Part shown: positions 63,981 to 64,000 of the stretch, piece by piece
Layout of the letters: each line of letters begins with the position of its first letter
Position numbering within the stretch: position 1 is the first letter of the stretch
DNA from: a virus
Lineage: Duplodnaviria; Heunggongvirae; Uroviricota; Caudoviricetes
Virus record (IMG/VR): IMGVR_UViG_3300038393_001148
Direction: 5' to 3' (one strand)
Length of the DNA: 64,000 nucleotides
Notes under the pieces: generated by a model
Told to the model about the DNA's origin: nothing
Seen by the model: the letters and a program-made list of their open reading frames with translations, nothing else
Databases searched by the model: none
Position numbers and translations under genes: made by a program

Positions 63981-64000
63981 TCATCTTACTCCCTGCATTA

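Noticed and set aside
1-64000. Possibility that the window is a complete circular genome (a minus-strand ribbon-family gene at each end)
   Set aside because: Reading gene 1..193 across a hypothetical junction gives a stop at 63981–63983 exactly abutting the ATG at 63980. However, the resulting 70-aa protein would lack the C-terminal ribbon that every other family member has, and a genome of exactly 64,000 bp is implausible. I treat the frame match as chance.
1-64000. Searched for integrase/recombinase, reverse transcriptase (DGR or retron), Cas proteins and terminase large subunit
   Set aside because: No ORF shows the corresponding catalytic motifs (tyrosine or serine recombinase signatures, the YxDD motif of reverse transcriptases, terminase Walker A plus nuclease). 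Their absence is noted rather than a feature called.

Overview
This window looks like a contiguous segment of a contractile-tailed (myovirus-like) phage or prophage genome with about 58–60% GC, and I see no cellular housekeeping genes in it.

**Overall layout**
- 1–2250: minus-strand early block.
- 2243–2802: divergent control region.
- 2803–21762: long plus-strand early/middle region of very small genes with few auxiliary enzymes.
- 21835–22708: a minus-strand pair of small genes.
- 22822–42726: morphogenesis genes (prohead protease/scaffold-like fusion, decoration-like protein, major capsid, a host-recognition/depolymerase cluster, neck, sheath, tube, tail chaperone).
- 42708–43432: an antisense four-gene insertion ('moron').
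- 43667–61154: tape measure, an SLT+M23 tail lysin, baseplate, fibres and a tailspike.
- 61140–63980: minus-strand SNF2 helicase block.

**Headline observation**
- The early regions contain an expanded paralogous family of at least 22 tiny proteins of 27–190 aa.
- They share a C-terminal four-Cys zinc ribbon with an invariant signature, C-x2-C-x9-20-[DNE][DYF][YFL][LIMC]C-x2-C-[RK], mostly written ...CAEC......DYLCxxCR.
- Many copies also carry a Trp-rich N-terminal module.
- A two-gene cassette is triplicated, degenerate micro-copies are present, and some paralogs are conserved at the nucleotide level.
- I do not recognise this family. It is my best candidate for an undescribed, rapidly diversifying system, possibly host takeover or anti-defence.

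**Other notable points**
- Five promoters match TTGACA-N16/17-TAnnnT, three of them leaderless (ATG 6–7 nt after the -10).
- A tRNA-like T-arm/acceptor minihelix follows an SPFH-like membrane protein gene.
- Strong rho-independent terminators bracket the capsid genes.
- A roughly 620-bp gene-free spacer follows the capsid gene.
- An antisense HTH plus micro-peptide cassette with a palindromic operator sits inside the tail module.
- A 1236-aa protein carries four zinc ribbons.
- No terminase large subunit, portal or integrase is recognisable in the window.

**Limits**
- All calls rest on reading the translations and the sequence by eye. No database searches were possible.
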